The notes under the pieces were generated by a model. That model saw only the letters and a program-made list of their open reading frames with translations, was not told where the DNA came from and did not search any database. Positions 50,606-62,150 of a DNA stretch of 64,000 nucleotides are shown in pieces; within the stretch, counting starts at the first letter, position 1, and every line of letters begins with the position of its first letter. The stretch comes from Tubiluchus corallicola (taxonomy: Eukaryota > Animalia > Priapulida): positions 124,001 through 188,000 of the forward strand of contig JAQGDQ010000091.1 in assembly GCA_030141605.1 (NCBI GenBank), read 5' to 3'. The position numbers were made by a program, and so were the translations under genes.

Positions 50606-52014
50606 TGTAACGATCTGACGTCTGGGGGTAGTTTGTTTGATCGAAGGTAGTCGCTGGGGTAACAATTTGACTGGCCTGACCGAGCTAAAGAAAGGGGCGA
50701 CCAATCATCTACCCGTTAGCTCCAGACAGTGGCGAGCTTATAGGCAGTCTACGGGGGGCCTGTCTATTGAGCAGAGTGGTTCGGGTGTGGGATGTGCAGT
50801 TTACTTTGCTTGGAGTAATCTGTTGTACTCACTGTGATAATGCAAACGACGATGTATAGGCAACTAATGCACAAACAATCAATTGTATAAATATTCTAGA
50901 AATAATTATTTGAGCAAACAAACAAAAAAAATGTATGAAAAAACACAGTCATTAGTCAAACACTAATTTAACTAAGTTTGAATGTGCTAAATATTACGGT
51001 ATCTACTTACGGTAGACCTACACTGTCAAGTCAATAAACAAACAAATAAATTGGCAAATAATGCTCAACAACTAAACCTAACTAAAAGGGTACCTATTTG
51101 CCTAACTACATGCCACCCCAAATGGTGTAGTCCTCGCTAGCGCTATGATGATCGTCCAGTATTATCACACTTAGAAAATACACCATGGAGGTTGCGTAGT
51201 ACTACTAAGTTTAACGTAGGGCGCCTCTATGATGAGGTTGCAGCTCAGCGTCTATTAGTATCACTACCAATTTCTTGAATACCCAGGATGTTAAGTCCAG
51301 CTTCCACGCAACTGCTAACATCAGATAAGCAAAAACTAAATTGTGCAACTTACAGTCTCTGGGTTGTTACCGTACTGGGGGTGCCTCGTCACCTCAAACA
51401 TGGATCCGCCTCTAACGGTTTGTCGGTACACCAATAGCACTTCCCAACAATACGAACACAGCAATGAGACAAAGTCTTAATTGTCACCGAACTTTGTGGA
51501 AATCGCTACCACCAAAAACATCTGTCCACTCAGTTGTCCAATGGTTTCAGACCTCATGAACAAAGTCACCATACGTTATAACTGACTACGTGGACAATAC
51601 TACTTGCACGTCATATCAGTCTACGTGCCGTACCTGGAGTCAAGTTGCTGACCTCTTTTTGATACCTGCGAGAGTAGTCGCATAGGTATACGCTGGCTTC
51701 CTACAGCTATCATTATAAGCGATTAAACTGGCCCTCCCGCAGTACTTACTAACCTTGGCTAATGGCTATAGGCTATAGAAACGATCTTTTTAATGCTGAT
51801 GTTATTTTACTTCCACATTTGAATAAAAAAGTAGAATACGTAATGATATGCACAGCATAGAAGAGTCAAAAATGAGTAGAGTTTGTGTTTTCTTTCCAAA
51901 CTCTGCAATTGGGATGACCAACCAACTGACAGACCAACTGAACAAACACCACACTCACATGACGCAAGCCACTGCACAAGTCCATTTATGTGGGAAGATG
52001 AAATGGACGTTACA
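50606..52014 (-). repeat. 5' LTR (1409 bp)
   Basis: Direct repeat of 44201-45609; adjacent to the PBS. Confidence 0.97.
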
Positions 52015-52519
52015 AATAGATATCGTTTATTAGAGTTACGATTAATAGAGTCAGATGACTTAAGTGACTCAAAAATGACTGGTACCGGCCACTTCTATTC
52101 AAATGTTTATAAAAACTGCCTATAATAGGGTCAAATAACTCCCAAATAATTGACTTGATATTTTTGCCTCATATGCTTCAATAAACACTTTTATGGAATC
52201 AATAAGCATTTATGACTTTTATGCTATCTTAATTCTCTTTTCTGCTCTAATATATGTAAAAGCAATCATGTTAAGTACCATTTTGTTTGCAAGCAGGAAC
52301 TTTTATCATACGTTAATATCCAAGTGTGGCGGTTTACTTTGACCCATGTGTCCACTGTAATTAACCTCGTTACCCAAGAATTTCTGGAAGTTAGACATTT
52401 AGTCACTTGTCTAGCGATTTGCTTTTGAAGCTCTCGCACCCTTTCTCAGCTGTTTCTGTTATAAAGTGTTGCAAGGTTACTGGTAGATTATCGTGCCTTG
52501 ATTGTTTGGATGAAAACTG

Positions 52520-53200
52520 TTTAGTTTAACGAATAGTTAGTGAACTGGGATGCAAACTTAAAGTGAAACATCATTTTACTGATAAACAACTGCACTGCCC
52601 ATGTATTCAATGCATCATTAAAACACGGTAACGCAGCAAACACCACATCACTCATTCAGCCGTGTGATCAAGGCATTATTCAAACACGGAAGGTTTACTA
52701 CAGAAAAGAAATGCAGAAGAGTTTTAGAACTGATGGATTCTAAAGACATAACTGCTCAATTAAGCACAAATGACGTGGCTTAAAAAACACCCCCTGAATG
52801 TCCTGCAGTTATTGGCTTTGTCCTGGTGTAATTTTTTTATATTGAACACACTCACTGAACACAATTCAGAACTACTTCACTCACATTAGATTCACTTGTG
52901 AATAAAACTGACAACGAAATTCCTATGTTGCAAGATATAAGCCTAACTGTATCATCTGATATGAACAACAAGGAGTTTGAGTGGATGAAATTGATTTGGC
53001 TACACAGGTCACTTCGCAATTAACCGAGGATGAAATCGCCACGATTGCAAGTGGGAGCTTAGACAAAATTACAGAGGTCGATGACCAGGAAGTCACTTGC
53101 GGGATTAACATGGGCACTGCCACTAGGTGTTTTCGAGAATTTGTGCATCGTTGCATCGAAATTTTCAACATTTTTATCATTATGAGAACATTTTGACCCA
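52520..53200 (+). pseudogene. Degenerate Tigger/pogo (DDE_1) transposase fragment
   Basis: ILLINNCTAH ... NTTSLIQPCDQGIIQTRKVYYRK at ~52570-52710, with stops and frameshifts. Confidence 0.7.
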
Positions 53201-54229
53201 ATTTCTTCGCCAAAAAATGAAGCTGACGACCGTGAATGAATTTTTGTAAATAAACGGGGCAAAAACCAATACATTATCTTTGATTGTAGGCATTTGAAGG
53301 CTTTAATGGCTGAAGGAAAAAGATCTATTAAGTAAATGTTTTTTCAACTGTTTTTTGCCATCAAAGATACAAAATTTAGGTTATAAACAAACTCTTAATT
53401 CAATTGCTTTTTAATCAGTGAATTAATTAGTTTTCGTCAGCTAGCTATACATTTTCCGGTGTATATCTTGGCATATTCCAGCAAACAAAGTCCAGCAAGG
53501 TGCACTAGCTCCAATTTACATGTTGACATACTTCTGCCAAAGATAATCCCGCCAATTATTGTACCGCAGTGCACCTCTTTATGTGCAGTGTGTTGGCCTA
53601 ATCTGTATTGCTTGTGTCAGGTTGCTACTGCACACAATGCTAGATATCTGCTCTGTCATGTGCCAAATTCATATAATTTTTATTGAAAGAAATATTTTGA
53701 AGTTGTAATAATTTGCTTATTTAATAAATAATCATCTAAGTTTATATAAATTATAAAGTATATGTCTGGAAATTTGTACTTAGTAATACTTTAAGATGAA
53801 ACTGTATCTTTGCATGATACTTAAATGGGCAAACAAGACCACTTTTCATAAGTATACGTAGAAGTGGGGACTGTATAGTTATACTTATAAAAGTGTTAAG
53901 TTCTACGCATCAGAAACATATTGTGTAAAGTATGTGCGTGCCATTCTATAACTCGCGTATTAGACTCATGCATTGAAAGCAGGATGCAAAAATCCTGCCA
54001 ATCATATAGGTGAGATTAGGTCACTTGTTCACTACAAAAAATGAAAAGAACAGTGTTAATAGAATGGTATCCTTTGTAATCTTGCAACAGCTACATTAAT
54101 TAGACACTATCGGATTGTGGGATTTAACTTTATTAACTGCTGAAGTTTTCTTGTTTCTATTAAATCATTCAAATCAGGGAAGACCAGTTTCATCGAAAAA
54201 CCGAAGGGCTATGACTAACGTTATACAGC

Positions 54230-54756
54230 AGATATTATCTTCCTCATATTGATAGAAAAGCGATGAATTAATGCTTTTAAAAAGTTCTTGGAAAGTTTCC
54301 TTATCCATCCGTACAAAGTTCTGTAGCTTTCGATATCTTTCACTTCCAATTCCTTCTGCAATGCATTATATGCATCAAGTTTGTTTCTCACCTGAATTCA
54401 TTCCTTTGGCAGAGGTTTGCAATTCCCTGCACACAAGAAATTAATTGTGAAGCGAATTAGCATTAGGGTTAGGATTAGGGTAGGGTTAGTGTTGGGTTAG
54501 GGTTAGGGTATTTAAATTGTGTGGGGAATTGTAAACTCATTCCGTTTCTTTTTTGTGAAATATGTTCTTTATTAAAACCCGCTTCAGGAGTGCCACTTTG
54601 AGCTGACCCCATGGCAGCTTGCTGTAAAATGAGTCACTATGTCCAGGATGCCCGACCAAGATGCATTGTGAAAACAGATTCACGCTTGCATCTAAGACGC
54701 ATACAAAAACACATGCTTCTTAGACACATGTCTAGAATGCACCATGCAAGTAGGCC
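54230..54756 (-). mobile_element. PIF/Harbinger transposon remnant
   Basis: Minus-strand peptide NFVRMDKETFQELF resembles the Harbinger transposase N-terminus (FRM...F..L). TAA-AGGCC-like end near 54756. Confidence 0.5.
54412..54538. mobile_element. Small TIR element carrying degenerate TTAGGG repeats
   Basis: GAGGTTTGCAATTCCCTGCACACAA / TTGTGTGGGGAATTGTAAACTC inverted ends flank about 8 TTAGGG-like units (54463-54509). Confidence 0.65.
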
Positions 54757-54861
54757 TTTAGTAAGCCCAGTCACTTGGCTAATGACAGCTAGTTTTCACT
54801 ATGGTGTTTGCTTATTTTTCAGAAGGCTATTCATTTATTAGTAAAGACCTTGCCAGGAGAG

Positions 54862-57800
54862 ATGGAGCGAGCTACATTTGCGATGGGATGATTTTGGCAT
54901 CCTGAAGCACAGTTCGGTTGTGTTTCAGGAGTAATGAGTACTCGTGTTGGCTACTGTGGTGGTACTAGTGTCAATCCTAATTATAACAAAATGTAAGTAT
55001 ATTTTTTTCATTTTTGCTGTACAACTCTATGTTACCATGTAATTACAGCAAATCCTCAATGTAAAGGATCTATCAACTAGGTTATACATATAGACTATAG
55101 CACACCGTATTGAAAAAAATGACTAATAAGCATTCTGGACAAAATCAGCACTATAGAGATATACATAATGTGGGGAATTGCTACATAAAGTTGCACTCTG
55201 ACCATTAGTTAATGAGCAGCTTATCACGTTATCACTTTGAAAGTATGCCTTAGTAATAAACTGAGTAGCAGCCCCTATATAATATAATATATACATAATA
55301 TATATATAATATATAAAATTATGTAGTATATATCTATCTGCAAAACTGGTAGGTGTATTAGGTTGCGCTTTTTTTTAAATTGTTTTTTATTGTTATGGCA
55401 TTATATTGATCATGTTGTCATATTTTGTGTTGAGAGCCACTTTTGATCTGTAGACAAAGCAGACCGAACGTATGCACTTGCCCAGCCAGTAATGATGTCG
55501 TCTGGCCAATACCTATGTGCCCAATGCAATTGGAGCTTTCTCACAGCAAAATCCTGCATAAAATCCAAATAGCTCTATCAGAAATTGGAATGAAATGATA
55601 TTTTAGGGTCCTTTGAGGCATGTTAATATGCAAAAATTCTGCACTACTTTGTACAACAGTAACAGGCTAGGTTGCACTTCTATATGCCATGTGCAATGTG
55701 TAGGTAGTAATTATCTCATACTGTCTTATTACCTAATTTCACATCATACACCATACTGCACCATATTACCTTATCACAGTGCATCCTATCTTATCATATG
55801 CCATATTTTACAGTAATGAATGTTATCCTTCGGCAGCGATTTATGAAGAATCTTGTTAATGCCGTCAATGGCACTGAGGGAATTTTTGACACCTAATGAT
55901 TGTAAATACATCATGCAATAGCATTAATATCCTTTTGGGAAAAGTATTGTGACTTCCGTGGACTTACCACAGATCAACATTTAATTTTCTCTGCTGGTTT
56001 ACAGTACTTTAAATAATTACTGATAAGAATTGTCAGGCTTGGGTAATAAACAGCGGTGGGTCCTTCGAACTTCATAAGGCTATTAGAAGCACTAGACGTT
56101 ATTTCAACAAGGTATGTGTGCTTTTCCAGAAGTGCAATGAACTTTGCATGTCTTTGATGCAAGGTGTTTTATTACTTTAAATAATCTTTGATGAAATTTC
56201 CCAAGAGTCTTTGAATGTGAAAATGCTAACTATACTGTATGCAAATCTATGTACTATGCAGCTGTTTACCAAGCAGATAATGCCCAAGATTTGCTGATGT
56301 CACATGCTGGGTGGAGTAGTCAGAGGTTAGACCAAGAGGTTAAATCCTCTTACGTGAAGCTTAAAAGATTCTTCTTGAAATCTTATACAACTTACATACT
56401 GCCTTACGATATACACATAAAATTGCTTTATAAAGTAATATAATTTTTTAAGGTGATTTTTCTGCAAGTACTCCTTTTCTTGTCCTTTAATCATAGCTGC
56501 AGCAGTTTTTTGCAACCAGTTTACCAAAATTCTTTACTGTCAACAGTAATTTAGTTGTTGATTTTGAATTATTTTGTTTCAACGAATTTGTACCATGTGC
56601 AAATTGCTATATTAATTTTTTCCACTTATTATTGTGTTTTTATAGAGGAGACCACAGTGAAAGCATCGAGATTTCATTCGACCCAAACCTTACCTCTTAT
56701 GACACACTGTTGAACCTATTTTGGCAAAATCATGACCCACATACGCAGAAAAAGAATCAATATATGTCTGCCATTTTTTACCATGACAAAAAACAGCAAG
56801 AAGTAGCTACAGCTCAGCTTCAAAAACTGAAAGCAACAAAGAACAGGCCAGTTGTCACCAAAATTATGCCAATGGACAAATTTTATCAAGCTGAAGAGTA
56901 AGAGAGATTTTTTTCATATTAAATAATTACTGTTGAAGAAGACATTTACAGACATTGAAAGGATTTTAGTATTGAACTGTAGTTACTGCATGCATGTGTT
57001 GTAGTATTTTTAGTATTATGCAGATAATGTCTCTGAGATTTAGCCATGGGCAACTTGAAGTATGCCTACAGTGAAGACTATGAATATGAATCTAGAACTC
57101 TGGAATTCTTATTACTGATTTCTTAGTGATAGAGTATCTGTTGATGTTATTCTTGAAATAGGTGATGCTGTAATGAATGGGAAAAATAGTATCTGGTAAA
57201 AAATTCTACAGTTAAAATACCCAAAGAAAAAGGTGGCTGTACAAGCATTTGTCTTGAATCTAATGAAAGTTTATGAGAAATAGCAGCATCCTGATTACTG
57301 TGGGCAAACTGGCAGAGATTAGGAAGCAATAAAGAGAGATCCTGTGTTTGCTTTTTCCATAACTATCAATAAAAATGGCTCAAACAAGATAATTAAATTT
57401 GGCATGCAATATGTTCCCCCTCAATTTTGAGTTTGCTAAAAAAATGGTAAATTACAAGTGTGCTTCATAGTATTTAAACTAATTAATTATATATCCGTCT
57501 TTGATTTTGCAGATTGTGCACAAAATCCTGCATTTGTATTGAATGCAGATATCTGCAGTAGTTTTCTCATTAGTTATAGATGCATAAGATTTAGAGCCTT
57601 GAAAATAATCAATTTTAGGGCAATGCGCTTGCTTAGCTACAAATTAAAAAGGGGAAAGGCATTTTTAGGCGATAATAACTGGTTCTAGTGTTTTTTGTTT
57701 TCTTATAGTTATCATCAGAAGTATCTGTTACGTCGTCATCTAGACCTGATATCCATGTTACACTTCTCGGATTCAGAACTTGTTACTTCACATGTGGCAA

Positions 57801-57919
57801 CACGTCTTATGGGCTATTTGAATGGGTACGGAAATCGTCCTGATTTTCTAGCAGAAGCGGAAAAATTGAAATTATCTAGAAACATCATTGACTATGTTTT
57901 AGATCAAATGGGATGGTAG
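54862..57919 (+). CDS. MSRA: Selenocysteine-containing peptide methionine sulfoxide reductase A (197 aa; exons 54862-54992, 56646-56897, 57709-57919; Sec UGA at 54889-54891)
   Basis: MERATFAMG-U-FWHPEAQFGCVSGVMSTRVGYCGG..PNY..IGDHSESIEISFDP..YDTLLNLFWQNHDP..QYMSAIFYH..FYQAEDYHQKYLL. GT-AG introns in phase 2/2; 594 nt total. The frame is also open upstream to an acceptor at 54822. Confidence 0.93.
54900..54930 (+). promoter_or_regulatory. In-ORF stem-loop just 3' of the Sec UGA (SRE-like)
   Basis: TCCTGAAGCACAG (54900-54912) pairs with TTGTGTTTCAGGA (54918-54930): 13 bp including 2 G-U, loop TTCGG, 8-nt spacer after the UGA. Confidence 0.6.
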
Positions 57920-57995
57920 AACGTTTCTTGCTAAAACGTATTATTTTTTATTTGAATTAATTAAATGGTTTCACACTTGGAAACACATTATATAT

Positions 57996-58061
57996 ATGTA
58001 TGTTTTGTATGATGCCAACAAGATAAATAGTGTCTTGTTAGCTGATTTTTATAAACAACAT
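57996..58061 (+). promoter_or_regulatory. Eukaryotic SECIS element (type I) in the MsrA 3' UTR
   Basis: ATGAT (58009) - GCCAACAAGAT - AAA TAGT loop - GTCTTGTTAGC - TGAT (58043). Helix II pairs at 10 of 11 positions; lower helix TGTTT/AAACA and ATGT/ACAT. Confidence 0.9.
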
Positions 58062-58262
58062 TGTATTAACTGTTTTTGCAAGTCTGGAAGTATTTTTGTT
58101 TTGCAAGACAAGACTCCAAGGTGCTATGAAAATAATAAAGTATGTTTGCTATCTTGTGTAATTCAAAATTTGTTGTCATTTTGTTGTGAAACTTTATTTT
58201 GAAATCCCTCTCCCTAATTTAGCCACATAGTCTTGCTGTAACAAAGATAAAAAAGTTGAAAG

Positions 58263-58325
58263 GAAGAGTGGAGAGAGAGAGAGGGGGGGAGGGGGAGAGA
58301 GAGATGGAAGAGAGAGGGAGGGAGA
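58263..58325. repeat. GA-rich microsatellite
   Basis: Purine run of GA/GGA units. Confidence 0.85.
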
Positions 58326-59378
58326 CTTTATTGAAAAGAAATATTTACGTAATTAAAGATCCTTCTATTTGCAAGGTGGTGGTTTACGACTACAAAAAGT
58401 TGGTTGATTTACAAGACTATTCATATGATGCGTAAAATACCAAATCAAAAATCAATTAGGTAAACATTATTATGCTAAAAGGGTTATTTTGCTAAAATAT
58501 GTTGCAGTCCTAAAATAAAATCATCTTTACTTTATTTACAAAGCTTTTCACCATGTAAATGGGAGAGGGGGAGTTTATCGGTGTAGTTTATCATTAAAAA
58601 CTTGGATAAAGCTGGATTTGCTACAAAGAGTCATGGTAATAAATAGTAATAAAAATAAGACACTACATACAATCACAATAGTCAATATCATTTATTTTTT
58701 ACGTGTGAGAGAGAGAGCCTATAGTCAATTAGGCTGCTTAACTGCTTGTGTATTCGTGTGTAATGCTTGCCCCTATTCGTTATGTAGCGCTTATATAGAA
58801 GCTGCTCTTTGTAACTGCATGTGGTGTATTTTAAAGAAGCGCCCTTTACATGAATATAAAGTATACACAAATTACACATTTTCCGAGGAGAATAAGATTT
58901 TTTTCTAAAACGTGATGCACCTCAAACTTTGACGCCTTAGGCTATAGCCTAGCCTATTGGTTAATACGCCCCTGAAATGACGGAAAATCAATGACGAATT
59001 TTGTGATTTGTTGCTTTATGCAGCTTTTTATGTTACATAATTTTACATTGTTATAATTATATAATGGCACTTTGTCAACTACTGTACCTGAACAATTCTT
59101 GTGATGCATGTACTGCAGTAACTGCCTATAGTTATACGATTTTTGTTTGCCATTCTATTCATTTCTTTATGAATTTGGCTGCGTTTGTTTTGCGGGAATA
59201 ATACTTTCCAGGTCTGCATCTTGCACGTTTCCTCAGTCATTGTGAGAATGCACCGATAAAATTAAGGGCTCAAAATCCTAGTAGTGACATTTTGTTTTAT
59301 AGATGCTTGAGGACACATAAGTAATAAATCTATACTCTTATATTTTAATATAATATATATATTAAAATATTCTTGGTA

Positions 59379-60110
59379 TCTTAATATATATATAAGATTC
59401 GAGGCTACAGCCCGGACGAGGGCACCATTTGCGGCGATCTATACATCAAACGAAAGGTCTCGATCTAGTGTCGTCTCATTGGGGGCTTATTTTTCGAGGA
59501 ACGGGGGGCGAAAAACCTCCAAAAATGGCCATTTTTCGGCCGTTTTTTGCAAAAGTTATACGGCTGAGATGTAGAGAACGGGAATGGGCCGAGGGGGTAC
59601 TGGGTATGGATTAATAGCCCGTTCAGCGGTGGGTGTAGTAGGCATATTTAGAATTCCCGAGAGGGCCAGGGCGCCCCGCAACGGGCGTTTTCCCCGACCC
59701 AACTCGCGATTTTTTCGAAATTTTGACCAAACAGCCTGCGGGAAAAACGTTCTAGCGGCGCCCGGTGGGACTCTCGGAAGGAGATATATAGCTCTTTACA
59801 AAGAGGAAGGACAGGGCTACACGATGATGTGGGTTATATTTTAGGGCAGGTCCACCGAGAGGAGTATTGGCGAGTTAACTAGGAGTTCTATTTTCGGCAA
59901 TTTTCACTTAGAAAATTGCTGACGCAAAGCCATTGTTGTGACGTCATCCATTGTATTCTGGCTATAATCTTATAGCTTTAATTCAGCAAAAAGCTGCTAC
60001 AACAAACAGTAGGCAGGATGTTACGGGCTTTGTGTTATAAATGAGGACTAGGTAGGATGTTCGCGTATTATTGATTACACGTGGTTTTTTACGCAAAATC
60101 TTTTGCGGGG
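59379..60110 (+). mobile_element. GC-richer interspersed repeat, possibly a non-autonomous Helitron-like element
   Basis: Starts TCTTAATATATATATAAG, is CpG-rich and non-coding, and is followed by simple repeats. The 3' CTRR end was not confirmed. Confidence 0.3.
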
Positions 60111-60277
60111 CCTTTGCTATTTATTATATTATAGCACATAGTTTCAACTTTGTGAAAAATGTTTGGAATGGTTTTGTTGTAATGCTGTGCTGTTGGTGCT
60201 TGTGCTATAGGTGTCGTCATCATTGCCACCATCATCATCATCAACATCATGATCACCACGTGAGGTGGTGGATTTGA

Positions 60278-60990
60278 TGTGGTGTGGTGGTGGTGTGCTT
60301 TGTGTGTTGTGCTATGGATGGTGTGGTGGTGTGATAGGGTGTGTGGGGTGTGGTGTGGGTAGTGTGGTATGGAGTGGATGGCGTGGTGTGTGGGTGGGTG
60401 TTGTGGTGCAGTGTGGTGTTATGGTGTGGTGCAGTGCGGTGTGATGTGGTGGAGTATTATGGTGTGGGTGGTGTGGTGTGGTGTGTGGGTGGTGCAGTGT
60501 GGTGTGGTGCAGTGGTATGGTGTGGTGCAGTGTGATGTGGTGGAGTATTATGGTGTGGGTGGTGTGGTGTGGTGTGTGGGTGGTGCAGTGGTATGGTGTG
60601 GTGCAGTGTGGTGTGATGTGGTGGAGTGGTATGGTGTGGGTGGTGTGGTGTGTAGGTGGTATGGTGTGGTGCAGTGTGGTGTGATGTGGTGGAGTGGTAT
60701 GGTGTGGGTGGTGTGGTGCAGTGTGGTGTTATGGTGTGGTGCTGTGCGGTGTGATGTGGTGGAGTATTATGGTGTGGGTGGTGTGGTGTGTGGGTGGTGC
60801 AATGGTATGGTGTGGTGCAGTGTGGTGTGATGTGATGTGGTGGAGTGGTATGGTGTGGGTGGTGTGGTGTGTAGGTGGTATGGTGTGGTGCCGTGCGGTG
60901 TGGTGCAGTGTGGTGCGATGAGGTGGAGTGGTATGGTGTGGTGCAGTGTGGTGTCATGAGGTGGAGTGGTGTGGTGTGGGTTGTGTGTTG
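60278..60990. repeat. (GGTGT)n-based complex satellite with higher-order units
   Basis: Recurrent gtgatgtggtggagt(att/ggt)atggtgtgggtggtgtggtg blocks. It is the source of the low-complexity ORFs. Confidence 0.95.
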
Positions 60991-61379
60991 ATTTGTGCAC
61001 AAAATTCTTTTTGTGGGGTTTGGCTTAAGAAAATATTTTTATTCAGGATAACTTGAATGAGCAAAGCTCGTTTAGAACAAGGTCTTGGTTGGTGCACAGT
61101 TTGCAAACAATATTCAGAATAATACCAAAAAAAACATTTTGAACAAAAACAAATAAAGTCAAAATTTAAAAGCAGCTCAAAAAGACGAAATTTAAAAAAA
61201 TACAATACAATTAATTAGAAAAACTTGATAAAAAGCTTCAAGGTGACCCTAAAGCAATGATAATGTACAGTGTACAGGTGTACAGTGATAATGTACATTG
61301 TATTCGCGTGGGTCACATTTTGAAATAATTCGTGCAGCCGTATTATGTATGACCTGTAATCTGCTCAGTAATGTAGTTC

Positions 61380-62150
61380 CAGCCGATGAATAAACCATAT
61401 CTCAGTAGTCAAAATTTTGTAGTATTAAACAGTTATAAATCAGCATTGCAGCACGTGGAGTGAGACTTTAACGAATTCTGCAAAAATAACCAATCTTTTT
61501 GTTTATCTTACTTATCATGAAATCTATATGGGGTATAAATTTTAAACTAGAATCAACTATTACACCTAAGTATTTTGTGGTTGTTACGGAATTTGGAAGC
61601 TTATTATCGTAAGCCATTTGAATGTTAGGATCTTCAACAGATGCAACTTTTTGAACAGTGCCAAACAACATTACATTAGTTTTTATCTAAATTTAAAACT
61701 AATTTATTTCTGAAGAGCCAATCTGATGCTTTTCCAAGTTCATGCGATAGGACTTCGGTTATTGCCTGAAATGATTTATGCTGATAGATCAGTACTGTGT
61801 CATCAGCATGCATAAAACAACCAGCATTTTTGCAATTTTGAGAAAGATCATTGATGTACAGAATAAATAAGAGGACCAATACCAATCACTGAGGAACCCC
61901 ACTTTCAATATTACTAGACTGTGATACTATGCCTTGATATGGCACATGCTGGTCTTTGTGAAACCAACTGTAAGCTTGTTCAGAAACACCTGTACCAACT
62001 AATTTATTCATCATTATGCTCAAATTTAGAGCGTCAAAAGCTTTGCGAAGATCTAGGAAAACAGCACCAGTTAGTAAGCTTTTATCCATGCCATTATATA
62101 TATGTTCAGCAAAATTCATATGATCAGGGGACCTACGCCATTGTCAAATG
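61380..62150 (-). mobile_element. Degenerate L2/CR1-group LINE reverse transcriptase fragment
   Basis: TGAVFLDLRKAFD, SGVPQ*, LLFILYINDL, FMHADDTVL, NKLVLNLDK and KYLGVIVDSSLKF, spread across frameshifts. Confidence 0.85.

Larger units (their letters stand above)
44201..52014 (-). mobile_element. Ty3/Gypsy LTR retrotransposon of the Gmr1-like type (integrase upstream of RT), with both LTRs but lacking RNase H
   Basis: LTRs at 44201-45609 and 50606-52014 (1409 bp, TGTAACG...CGTTACA). TSD AATAG at 44196-44200 and 52015-52019. PBS and PPT present; single gag-pol ORF. Confidence 0.97.

Noticed and set aside
54889-54891. MsrA as a pseudogene with a premature stop
   Set aside because: The TGA falls exactly at the catalytic Cys position, the rest of the gene is intact, and a SECIS is present.
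7525-57919. Functional oxidative-stress cluster (PPOX, IMPACT, APEX1, MsrA)
   Set aside because: No shared regulatory evidence in the sequence; adjacency of housekeeping genes is expected by chance without synteny data.
60341-61002. Cys/Trp/Val-rich and His/Thr/Pro-rich ORFs; possible CRISPR-like periodicity
   Set aside because: Simple GGTGT satellite with no unique spacers; eukaryotic context.
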